Part shown: positions 39,101-50,682 of the stretch, one piece after another
Numbering within the stretch: position 1 is the first letter of the stretch
Layout: each line of letters opens with the position of its first letter
Source: Mobula hypostoma
Lineage: Eukaryota
Length of the DNA stretch: 64,000 nucleotides
NCBI RefSeq assembly: GCF_963921235.1
Contig: NC_086109.1
Coordinates: 5,270,001-5,334,000, forward strand
Direction of reading: 5' to 3'
The notes under the pieces: model-generated
The model's input: only the letters and a program-made list of their open reading frames with translations
Told to the model about the DNA's origin: nothing
The model's database searches: none
Translations under genes and position numbers: made by a program

Positions 39101-39805
39101 TCCAAGTAAATAACATCCATCTGTTCCCCTCTATCCGCTGCACTTAATCCAGGTTAACACCTCACAATTATCTAAGGTAGGCACATGGATCTTAGAAAAA
39201 TGGAGAGCCTTATGGGGTTTGTTGATCTTGGAGTTTGTTAAAAGGTCTGCACACATTGCGGGCCAAAAAGCCTGTATTGTGTTGTAATGTTCTATGTCCT
39301 ATGATCTAGACTTCTAGTTCGCAGACAGAGAAATTGGTGGTGATATAAACAATGAACTCAATATTTTCTTTGATATATGGTATTCCATTATACCTTCAAT
39401 TAATAAAAAAAATCAGAAGTATGTGATGTTTCAATTTTCATTCTAAATATTCATTGTATGCATATTACAAATAAAAAAACATTTAAAGTGCTGTGTAGTT
39501 TTCAGGCCATGTAAAAATGTCCTGCCCAGAGCAATGGTTGGTCCGTGTAGCTTTAAAGAAAAATAGGGGAAACTTTGATCACCTGCCAGGGATGAAGAGA
39601 ATGCAGAAATCTCAAGCTATGATCTGACAATTCCTGTCAACAACCTTCACCCAAAGTCACCGCCGTGGGAGGAACACCGTCAGCTGGGGGAGATGTACAG
39701 ACGGGAGGAACAGGTTGCACTGAGAGTTCGTTGATACTTACCATCATTTGTGTGACAGCCAGTGAGAAACAACAAGATGATCCCGTAACTTAGGGTGAGC
39801 TTCAT
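30055..39805 (-). CDS. Copy C: complete 5-exon secreted Gla-EGF-cbEGF protein (160 aa), no protease domain. Exons 39805-39742, 35989-35829, 32542-32518, 31129-31016, 30173-30055
   Basis: Spliced translation [160 protein letters not shown]. All introns GT-AG, phases 1/0/1/1 are compatible, total 483 nt, ATTAAA at 29995-30000. Confidence 0.9.
31016..31129 (-). CDS. Copy C exon 4, EGF1
   Basis: 114 nt inside ORF 30987..31187; donor |gtagga. Confidence 0.92.
32518..32542 (-). CDS. Copy C exon 3 (ESFWKLYI)
   Basis: 25 nt, splice sites intact. Confidence 0.9.
35829..35989 (-). CDS. Copy C exon 2, propeptide + Gla
   Basis: 161 nt; [30 protein letters not shown]. Confidence 0.93.
36742..39140 (-). 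mobile_element. Two tandem truncated CR1 LINEs in copy C intron 1
   Basis: ORFs 36978..37601 and 38381..38695 contain RPHLEYC.QFW.P; KFADDTK / QFADDTK motifs in adjacent ORFs. Confidence 0.85.
39742..39805 (-). CDS. Copy C exon 1, signal peptide
   Basis: 64 nt, identical to copy B exon 1. Confidence 0.88.
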
Positions 39806-39940
39806 CTTGCTTTGTCACCGTCCGATCCGATGTATTGGAGAGACACAATGAGAGATTTTGAAAATGGATCTACCTCACTCAAATCACAATTACACTCTTT
39901 CCATAGTCAGTATTTTTTTCTTTGTTTTCCAAGTATTTCT

Positions 39941-39953
39941 GTTAATAATTAAC
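39941..39953. promoter_or_regulatory. HNF1 consensus palindrome, copy C
   Basis: GTTAATAATTAAC. Confidence 0.6.
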
Positions 39954-40583
39954 GAACGATTTTGAAAGACTTTCACAGGAGTACATTGATTTTTGGAAAT
40001 AAATTCTGGTAATGTTGACAGCAGAAAAGTGGAGCACCTGTCTTCTCAGTCTGTTCATGCATTGAAACCGCATTGGAACCGAGAGAATTCCTGGTTGTAG
40101 TAGTGCATTAGTTGTGCTAAATCATACAAATATCTTGATTAATATGTGAAAGCTGTTCAAATCCTCTCAATGTTTATCTGTGTAGAAGTTATGCTGACTG
40201 TGAAACTCCCAACTGCTTGAGTGTATTGATCTTTGAAATGAATTGGTGTTCTAAGCAATCTCAATGTACCTTCCCCAAGATCAGAACAATTACAGTTAAT
40301 TTCCATCAAACATTAGGTTCTTGAATCAGCTGGCAAACCCCTGGTCACTACAGTGTTGCCATGCTTCCGGCGCTAACAGAGCATGGACACAACTCACTAA
40401 TCCCAAATAGCACGTCTTTGGAATGTGGGAGGAAACCAGAGCACCCAGAGGAGACACATGCGGTCACAGGAGAATATACAAACTCCTTACAGACAGGGCA
40501 GCAATTGAACCCCGATCATGATTGCGCTCAATGGCTCAGTAAAGCATTACATAATGTTCTATGCTACTGTGCAGCCCTTTTGT

Positions 40584-41111
40584 TGTGAGGAAGCAGGGTC
40601 ACGGGTTTGGTGAGTGAGACAGAAGACACTGATTATGAATAAGCACATTAACCGTTTATTTACAAAGAGTAAAACATCTAACATGTCAATCAAACATCCA
40701 AGCCATCCCAAGTTACAAAAACTACAACACTGAACAATCAGTAACACTTCAAACTCAACAGGTACTTCATTTAGTCTTTCCAAATTACACAACTACAAAA
40801 CTAAACATTTAACAGATACTTAGCTATGTGTGCGTGTGGGCCCTCCTGTATCTGTAGCATACTTTCCCAGTGGTTCTTCAGCTCTAGTCACGATTTCAGT
40901 GTGAAGTGAGCCCCTGGAGACAAGGACAGACAGCCAGTCTCTAGCACGTGCTATTCTTATACCCCTGAGGCACTCAGAACCAGACACCGGCGCCGTGGCA
41001 CACAAGGCAACTAGTGGGAAGGGGCTGCCGCACCCCACAAACAGGTCAATTGCCAACCAGCAAGGCGTAAGTGACTGTGGACTGAAAAGTGAACTAAGCC
41101 TTCACATTACA
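40584..41111 (-). mobile_element. Solo LTR (TG...CA) of the same family
   Basis: Minus strand reads TGTAATGTGAAGG...CCTCACA with tataagaatagcacgtgc and AATAAA; related pieces at 12890-13150 and 16400-16590. Confidence 0.65.
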
Positions 41112-44100
41112 CATTTCTATTTGATGACTAATTCATAATTATGTTTAATTTTGTTTTTTCCTGTGAACGCAGCAGAAGGAATTTCTTTAGGTAGAGGGTG
41201 GTGGTGACTCTGTGGAATTCATTGCCACAGGCAGCTGTGGAGGTCAAGTCACTGGCTGTATTTAAGGCAGAGGTTGACAGTCAGGGCATGAAGGGATACA
41301 GGGAGAAGGCAGGAGATTGTGGCTGGAAGGGAAAATGGATCAGTCATGATGAAATAGTGGAGCAGACTCAATGGGCCAAATGGCCTAATTCTGCTCCTAT
41401 ATCTTATGGTGTTATATGATGCTAATGCAGATAAATTTTCATTGCACATGGACTTGTGCAGACGACAATAAACTTGGCTTTGACTTTGTCTTTCCCCCTG
41501 CACCGGCTGACAAAGATGGCTCACCGCCACCTCAAACTCAGTTGATGGATAATCAACTTTGGCCTTGCTAACATTACCCACAATCCACATATAGGTAAAT
41601 AAACAGTAATTATGGCATGGGATTAGGCTGTCTGAATTAGGCTGCCTGACGCCAGCCCCCTAGGCCTGAGTCAACGTAGTGGTAGTATTAGGCTGTCTCA
41701 ATTTTCTGTTGCAGTATCAGCAGAGAGTTAGTGTAAACTGAACAGGATTAGATAGTTTCGCCACTGCTAATAGTTCCTGATGACCTAGGAGGAGGATATT
41801 TGGCCCAACAAGTTGATACCAGCTAACAGACCAATCCGACCAACCACATTCTTCCATTTATATCCCATCAATCAATGCTTTTTCACATGCTCCTTAGCGC
41901 CCCCTAGGTCCTCCTACCACCAGCTGCATTGGGAACAATCTGAACTGCTCAGGAACAGGGAGGCACAAGGGCGTAGTGGTTAGCACAACTCTTTACAGTA
42001 CCAGTGACCTGGGGTCTGTGAGGAGTTTGTACGTTCTCCCCGTGACCATGTGGGTTTTCACTGGGTGCTCCGCTCTCCTCCCACAGTCCAAAGATGTTAC
42101 CGGTTGGTAGGTTAATTGGTCATTGTAAATTGATCAGTGATTGAAGGCCTCTGCAGGGCAGGGCCAACCATGGATGTTGCATCCTGGCTGTCTAGATATG
42201 CAAGCCAGGGTAGTACAATATGGAGAGCAAGCTGTTGCCAATGCAGCAAGCTCCCCCTCTCCACACAACTGATGAATCCAAAGGAATGGCAGAGACCGAT
42301 ACAGTTTGGCACCAGCAGCATCGCGAGAGTTACCAGTTCAGCATTGAACTCAAGTACGACTGCCTTAGAGACTCCAGCTCCAGGGTTTACTCCCAAAGCC
42401 TTCCCCATGAATGGGTATAGCTGCCAGGCAGCAGAGATTTGAGATCTTAGATCAGTTGCCAGGGACGGCTGACGAGCCTCATCTGTCCAGTGACTGGGCT
42501 AGGGTTACATCAGGGGGTTACTGGGCGGCTCAACTTCTGTGAGAGAGAGGAAGGGGGAGAGAGATAAATAAACACTTCAGCACTGTGCCCTGGTCAGATA
42601 TGTGCCATTCTGATGTGTTCCCAATCAGAACAATACTTAATTCACATCGTGAGCTTACTTAGGCCCTGCTTCTAACTGGAAAGCTCCCACAGAAAGGACT
42701 TGATACGGATCAAAGACTCATCCAGACAAATTCACCACAGAGACACAAGATTCTGCCGATGGTGGAATGTGAATCAACACACAAAGTGACATTTTGGGCT
42801 GACACCCTTCTATAATGCTGCACCATGGATCCAAGCGCAGGATCACACTGAGACCTGGAAGGGTTAAACAAAACTAGGAACTTTATTAACAAAGGAGACA
42901 AAACAAAACAGTACAACTTACAAGGTCTTGGATAACTTGGAGTAACTCGGTCAGAACTTCACTAGGCAAGGTGTAGGACGACTGAGAAATGAGGGGTTAG
43001 CACTGCCTCTTTAAATACACTCTATGGCATGTAAGAATTTAATTGGATACCAGCAAAGTCTCGGAGAATTAATTGGAGGTAATCAAGTGAATGGCAACTT
43101 AAATGTAAACTAGAAAAGGCCCAACAATAACTTTTAAAAAATGAAGCTCAACAATATGGATATTTATATTTAATACAAACACAGAACACAAAAACAAAAC
43201 AACAGCAAGAACTTCGAGCCCACAGAAAACTCTACTAATGACCTGAGGTTGTGACATCTGATGTGGACTAAGGTATGGAAGGGGGGATAGCCAGTGAGGG
43301 GAAGGGGTGGAGCCAGAACTGGTAGTTGCTTGGCGGGTGTGATTAAAGGCAGATGATGATGAAGTCTGTTGGGAGACAAAGATCTTCACCTGAAGTGTCT
43401 CTTCAAAGGACACTGTAGAGATTCTCTTCAACATTGGCATCTGCTCTGTACACTTGATACCAGACGGAAAGGCAGCATGGGATATCAGGAGAAATCTTAA
43501 AGCATAGAATACAACAACACAGTACAAGCCCTTCACCCTATGATGTTGTACTGACCCTATAGCCATCCATCATCAGGGATCCCCACCCAGGTCATGCTCT
43601 CTTCTCACTGCTGCCATCAGGAAAAAGATACAGGAGCCTCAGGACTCACACCACCAGGTTCAGGAACAGATATCACCCCTCAACATCAGGCTCTTGAACC
43701 AGAGAGTTGAACTTCATTCAACTTCACTTGTCCCATCACTGAACTGCTCCCACAACCTATGGACTCACTTTCAAGGACTCTTCACCTCATGTTCTTCATA
43801 TTTACTGCTTATATATTTATTATTATTATCTCTTTCTTTTTGTTCTTTCACAGTTTGTTGTCTTCTGCATTCTGGTTGAACACCCAAGTTGGGCTGTCTT
43901 CCACTGATTCTGTTATGGTTATTATTCTATGGATTTATTGAGTATGCCCACCAGAAGTGAATCTTAGGGTTGTATATAATGAAATATATGTTCGTTGATA
44001 AAAATTTTACTTTGAATTTTTGAACTTTGAACCTATTTTAAGATCACTTTAACCTTTCCCTCTTATATAAGCCTCCATTTTTTTTCTAGCTGAGAGTTTC

Positions 44101-44609
44101 CTAAATGCCCCTAATGTACCTGCCTCTACCACCATCCCTGCAGTGTATTCCTTACACCAACCAGCCACTCTGAGTAAACACCTCCAACATTGCCTCTATA
44201 CAGTACTTTCCTCCAATCATCTTAACATTAACCCTTGTATTAACCATTTCTGTGATGGGAAAGTGTCTATGATCTATGCTCTTATCTTCTTGTAAAATTC
44301 TATCGGGTCATTTCCAATCCTCCTTTGCTCCAAAGGGAAAAGCCCTAGATAGCTCAGCCTCTCCTCTAATCCAGCCAGCATTCTGGTAAATCTCCTCTGA
44401 ACCCTCTCTAAAGCTTCCACATGTTTCCTGTAATGAGGCAACCTGCATTACAAGTGTGGTCTAACCAGGGTTTTATAGAGCTGCAACATTACCTGGTGGT
44501 CCCTGATCTGAGTTCCCGGATTAATGAAGGCCAACACACCATACACTTTCTTCACAACCTTTATCAGTTTGCTGGAGCAGAAAGCTTAATTGTTTTTCAG
44601 ATTTCTGTA

Positions 44610-46010
44610 CAAGTTTGCAGGGTCTGACTTCCCTCTGGAAGCTCAGACCACAGTCCAGCGTTGAAGGGGCTGTCACCGTGGTGTGGCATAATGCCCGGAC
44701 CTCCGGGAGTGTACATTCTACCGTCAAAGCTCCCAGCCCAGACACTCCACCTCCTGCTCCCAATGTGCCGCCATCCTCCGTGGCAGGAAGTGGAGGCACC
44801 TCCTGGTCTGTGTTTCCAGCAGCACGGGGCGCGGTTACCTGACCTGTCTATTACAGACACGTCCACCCGCATCACCAGCCGGCTTTAAACCCTTGGGAAG
44901 GCTCTGTAACACGTCCGGGAAAGGCCAGTTGCTTTCAGCCGTAGGTTCTTTGGACTTATTGCCAGAGGAGATGAGACCGTTGCATGGAGCACCACGCTTC
45001 TCCAATACATGGGAGTCTACCGCGGGGTGGCTAGCGAACTCGCAGGACCTGGAGACTACAATCGCGACCCGAAGGGGTGGCTGGTTCGGCTTCCTTTCCC
45101 ACCGAAGCTGGGTGGTGCTCATGAACCAACTGCTGGTCTTCATCTCGCGCTACCGGATGGACACCATGGTGATATCTGCAGCGATCTTGAGTCTCACATT
45201 TGGTCAGGGCAGACAGTCGCTCGTGTGTGTCCGTACACGGTCGGCGCTTCTCCCCCTCTTGACCCTGAAGAGATTCGTGTACGTCGAGCGCCCTCCTGAA
45301 CAGTTTTAGGGGCCGCTGTCTTCGCGAAGAGACGCGGCTACCTCCGACGCTCGTCAGCCGCGCTGCTCGGCGGAGGCTGCCTGGCTTCCATCAGGACCTA
45401 CTTAAGAGTCCGGAACAAAGCTTCCTTCGGCTGGTTCCACCTCCGCTGGTGGAGGGCGGTGTCCCGGCTCAAGTCTATTGGGTACCGGAGCGAGTCTGGC
45501 TGGGCGCACCTCCGCTCAGCTGGAACAGCTCATCGCACTCAGGCCCCAGAATCTTCAGCGGTCTGTCATCGACATCCACAGTCCCATTCAGAGATGTAGG
45601 TAGGAGGTACCTGTATGGACTGCTAAGCCACACCATCCATTTCCTAGCCATGGCAGTCCAATTTGCAACTGAAAGTCCCTTTATGAAGCGTCCCCCACTT
45701 GCACGTTAGGGTCCCGGGATGGAGGCTGCTGGAGAGAGTTGTACCCTAGAATAAATTTCATTCGCTTCTACGCGGATCTCCCAGTTGCCTGTCGCTTCTG
45801 TGGGCTGGGAGAGACCGTGTACCACATGTGCACGGGTGCGCGAGGCTGCGGCCCCCGTTCGCATAACCGCGGAGACCGCTCCTCGCCTGCCGGCTATATT
45901 TCAGCTTCGCTCTGTTTATTTGCGGTCATGGGGGGGGGGCGGGAGGGGGGTGGTCAAAGAAGAATGAGGATGGTTTAGTAAACATGCTCCTGGAACAGGC
46001 AAAGATAGTT
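44610..46010. mobile_element. GC-rich Tx1/L1-like LINE remnant
   Basis: ACRFCGLGETVYH CCHC-knuckle-like motif on (+) at ~45787-45825; CpG-rich and degenerate. Confidence 0.5.
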
Positions 46011-46289
46011 TAAAGTGGAGTAGCAGAGCTCCTCCCACCGCCCCCCCTCCACCCCCGCCGATTTGCCTGGATATTTTCCAAGGTCCTGGCCGCTGTCATA
46101 CGGATGGAGGTACATAGGATTTAGGTTCCCACATCACTAGGTCCAGGAAAAGTTATTACCCTTCAACTATCAGGCTCCCGAATCAGCGTGGATAACTTCA
46201 CTCTCCTCAACTCTGAACTGATTCCACAACCCACGGACTCACTTTCAAGGACTGGACAACTCCTACTCAGTTTGTTTATTTGCCTCTAA

Positions 46290-48630
46290 CTCTGGAGACG
46301 TTTTTTATAAACCTACTGGTTGCCATAATTATCTGGACTATAACTCTTCCCACTCAATCTCCTGTAAAAATGCAGTTCCCTTTTTGTCCGTTTCTTCGCC
46401 TCCGCCACATCTGATCCCGGGACACGGCCTTCTGTTCCAAGACATCAGAGATGTCATTCTTCTTTAAAGAACGGTGTTTCCCACTGATGCTACCCTCGCC
46501 CGCATCTCCTCCATTTCTTGAACATCCATGCTCACCCCATCTTCCCGCTGCCTTAACAGTGATAAGAGTTTAAAAACGCAAACACGAGGAAATCTGCAGA
46601 TGCTGGAAATTCAAGCAACACACACAAAAAATGCTGGTGAACGCAGCAGGCCAGGGAGCATCTCTAGGAAGAGGTACAGTCGACGTTTCAGGCCGAGACC
46701 CTTCGTCAGGACTAACTGAAAGAAGAGCTAGTAAGAGATTTGAAAGTGGGAGGGGGAGAGGGAGATCCAAAATGATAGGAGAAGACAGGAGGGGGAGGGA
46801 TGGAGCCAAGAGCTGGACAGGTGATTGGCAAAAGGGATATGAGGCTAGAGAAGGGAGTGGATCATGGGATGGGAGGCCTAGGGAGAAAGAAAGGAGGGGG
46901 GGAGCCCAGAGGATGGGCAAGGAGTTATAGTGAGAGGGACAGAGGGAGGAAAAAAAAAGAGAAAAAAAGGGAAAAGAAAAATAATAAATACACAAATAAA
47001 TAAATAAATAAATAAATAAATAAGGGATGGGTTACGAAGGGGAGCTGGGGCATTAACGGAAGTTAGAGAAGTCAATGTTCATGCCATGAGGTTGGAGGCT
47101 ACCCAGATGGAATATAAGGTGTTGTTCATCCAACCTGAGTGTGGCTTCATCTTTACAGTAGGGGAGGCCGTGGATAGACATATCAGAATGGGAATGGGAT
47201 GTGGAATTAAAATATGTGGCCATTGGGAGATCCTGATTTCTCTGGCGAACAGAGCCTAGGTGTTCAGCGAAATGGTCTCCCAGCCTGCGTTGGGTCTTGC
47301 CAATATATAGAAGGCCGCTTCGGGAGCACCAGACGCAGTATATCACCCCAGCCGACTCACAGGTGAAGTGTCGCCTCACCTGAAGGGACTGTCTGGGGCC
47401 CGAATGGTGGTGAGGGAGGAAGTGTCAGGACATGTGTAGCACTTGTTCCGCTTACAATGATAAGTGCCAGGAGGGAGATCGGTGGGGAGGGATGGGGGGG
47501 ATGAATGGACAAGGGAGTCGCGTAGGGAGCGATCCCTGCGGAAAGCAGAGGGGGGGAGGGAAAGATATGCTTAGTGGTGGGATCCTGTTGGAGGTGGCGG
47601 AAGTTACGGGGAATAATATGTTGGACCCGGAGGCTGGTGAGGTGGTAGGTGAGGACCAGGGGAACCCTATTCCTGTGGGATGGCGGGAGGATGGGGTGAG
47701 AGCAGATGTGCATGAAATGGGAGAGATGCATTTGAGGGCAGAGTTGATGGTGAAGGAAGGGAAGCCCCTTTCTTTAAAAAAGGAAGACATCTCCTTCATC
47801 CTGGAATGAAAAGCCTCATCTTGAGAGCAGATGTGGCAGAGGTGGAGGAATTGCGAGAAGGGGATGGCATTTTTGCAAGAGATGGTGGGAAGAGGAATAG
47901 TCCAGGTAGCTGTGAGCGTCTGTAGGCTTATAGTAGACATCAGCAGATAAGCTGTCTCCAGAGATGCTGAAGAAGTAGGCTCAAAGATGGAGCCAGCAGA
48001 AGAAGAGTTCAGCATCATGGCAAACGCAGAGCTCGCTGAGGTGTGGGCGAAGGAGGACAAAGGTAAGGCCCTTACTGAGGACAGAACACTCTGCCTCACC
48101 TACCATCTGCCTCCACATTCAACACATCATCCTCCGCAACTTCTGCCATCTCCAAAGGGATCCTACCACTAAACGTATCTTTACCTCCCTCACCCTCTGC
48201 TTTCCAAAGGGATCACTCCCTCAGTGATTACCTTGTCCATTTGTCCCTCCCCACCGATCTCCCTCCCAGCAGCAAGCGACCAAAGTGCCTCACCTTCCCA
48301 TACACCACCTCCTTCACCCCAAACAGTCCTGCTAGGTTAGGCAACACCACCTGAGAATCTGGTGGGATCATCTATTGTGCCCCATGGTCCCAATGTGGCC
48401 TCTTCTACATTGGAGAGACACATCATAAATTAGGGGACTGCTTCATCAAGCACCTCCTCTCCATCTTTTTATTCTGGCTTTTCCCCCTTCCTTTCCAATC
48501 ATGAAGAAGGAGCTTGGCCCATAACATCAACTGTTTATTCCTTTCCATGGGTGCTGCCTGACCTGTTGAGTTCCTCCAGTATTTTGTGTGTGTTGCTTGG
48601 CATTTCCAACATCTGCAGACTTCCTAGTGC
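46290..48630. mobile_element. Nested Penelope-like elements
   Basis: ORF 47053..47379 contains GVIYCVWCSRSGLLYIGKTQRRLGDHFAEHL; same terminal repeat as 17245-17795. Confidence 0.75.
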
Positions 48631-49621
48631 TTGTTAGTTTACTTATCTACCTATATTTTTGTGTTTGCATAATTTGTCTTTTGCACATACTGGTTGTTTA
48701 TCAGTCTTTGTGTGTAGTTTTTCATTGATTCTATTGTATTTCTTTGAATTACTGTGAAGGCTTCAAGAAAAATGAAGCTCAAGGTAAGATATGGTGGTAT
48801 ATACATACTTTGATACAACGTTCTCTCTAATTGTTATTTACAGCTGAGTGGACCAACTATTGCTCTGAGCAGGTAATTTTTACATGGCCTGAAAACTGAG
48901 CGGCTCTTTAATAAAACAGTAGGTAAAACAAAATTCCAGCTGCATGGCAACGAAGGCTAGTGCCTGGGAGCATTTCTGTTACTGTGCGGCCGCACACCAG
49001 CGCTGCTCAGAGAGAACATTGCTTTGATAATAAATTAACCTTAATTTGAATTTGATTAGCTGTAGTTACTTTCTCTGGCAGCTCATTCCACAAACACACC
49101 ATCCTCTGCATGAAGTACCTGCCCCTCAGGTACTTTGCCCCGCAGCTCAGCAAACCCCGATGTAACCCTAGCTTTATCACGGGATAATTTGCAATGACCA
49201 ATTAACCTACCAACCGGTACTGTCTTTGAACTGTGGGAGGAAACCGGAGCGCGTGCAGGAAACCCGTGCGGTCACGGGGAGAAGGTACAAACTCCTTACA
49301 GGTGGGAATTGAACCCGGTCTGCTGGTACTGTAAAGCATTGTGCTAACCACTAAGCTGCCATGCTGCCCCACCTTGAATCTGTGTCCACTACTTTTTGAT
49401 TCCCCAATAAGCCATCAATTTCCATTCAATTTCTGTGACGCTGTCTAGCAAGTATGGCAAGTATTTTATTCCAGTGCGACAGGTAACCAATATTTTACAT
49501 AGCATTGAAATTTTATCACATAGGCAAAATGTTGATGTTTTACTGTATATTATTCTGCTTACTCAAAACTGAAATTAACATGCTGAGTTTGTAGTCAAAT
49601 TACACATTTAAATCTTGACGT

Positions 49622-49797
49622 TCATTTACAGGGGTCTTCGTTCTGCATGAAGATGAGGGAGTTGAATGCCACACTAATGAATTCCTGTGCAAGTTGAATC
49701 AGATTCTGGCGACTCTTGATAATTTCCTTCTGCTTTTCAATGATTCTCCTTTGGAAGGTGAGGATGGAAGGGAGGTCACACTTGTTCCAGGATATTG
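49622..49797 (-). CDS. Candidate terminal exon, helical/coiled-coil-like peptide
   Basis: Strong acceptor tcttttcttccccacgctcag|, phase 1; ISWNKCDLPSILTFQRRIIEKQKEIIKSRQNLIQLAQEFISVAFNSLIFMQNEDPCK*; AATAAA at 49465-49470. Confidence 0.4.
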
Positions 49798-50682
49798 CTG
49801 AGCGTGGGGAAGAAAAGATTGAACAGTAAAATCTCTTAAAGAGCAATGGTTAAAGCTCAAGTTCAAAGTAAACATTGTTATCAGAATACATAAATGTCAC
49901 CATATACCCCCCTGAGATTCATTTTCCTGCGGGCATACTCAGCAAATCTGTACAACAGTAACTGTAAACAGGATCAATGAAAGAGCAAGTAGAACACAGA
50001 AAACAACAAACTGTGCAAATGAAAATATAAATAAATAGCAATAAATAACTAGAGCATGAAATAACAAGATAAGGAGTCCTTAGAGTGGGAACATCTCAAT
50101 GGATGACTGTAGTTATCCTCTTTTGTTCAAGATCCTAATGGTTAAGGGATAGTAACTGTTCTTGAACTTGGTGGTGCAAGTCCTGAGGCTCTTGTACTTT
50201 CTACCTGATGGTTACAGCATTAAACCAAGATGAGAACATAGGAGGTTACAGTACAGTACAGACCCTTCAGCTCACGATATAGTGCTGACCTCTTAATCTA
50301 CTCTAAGATCAGTTTAACCCAGACATTCCCAATCTGGGGTCCATGGACCCCTTTCTTAATGGTAATGGTTCATGGCATAAAAAAGATTGAGGACTCCTAG
50401 TCTAGCACTTCCCTCCTGCATATTCCTCCATTTCTTTATCATACATGTATCTGTCTAAGAGTTTCTTAAATGTGCCTAATGTATCTGTCCTTACACCCAC
50501 CACTGTCTGTGTAAAGAACTTTCCTCTGACATATCCACTATACTTTCCTCTAATCACTGTAAAATTATGCACCCTCATATTAGCCGTTCCCACCCTCATA
50601 AAAAGTCTTTGGCTGTCCACTTGATCTCTGCCTATCATCATCTTGTATATCTCTATCAAATCACCTCTCATCCTCTTGCTCC

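Larger units (their letters stand above)
13740..40350. repeat. Tandem segmental duplication: units B (~13740-27290) and C (~27350-40350); unit A homologous over ~4030-10980
   Basis: Long collinear near-identical blocks, e.g. 13741 ttttagtctgttactcaattgtttccc vs 27354 ttttaatctgtaactcaattgtttccc, plus shared introns. Confidence 0.9.

Noticed and set aside
4458-39805. Assigning symbols F10, F7, F9, PROC, PROZ or PROS1
   Set aside because: Gla similarity is generic; no protease, thrombin-sensitive or LamG exons were seen, and orthology cannot be established by eye.
40580-41115. Target-site duplication around the solo LTR
   Set aside because: Flanking 4-6 bp do not match, so no TSD is claimed.
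43099-43566. 155-aa ORF / possible exon
   Set aside because: No convincing acceptor or recognisable domain; flanked by repeat fragments.
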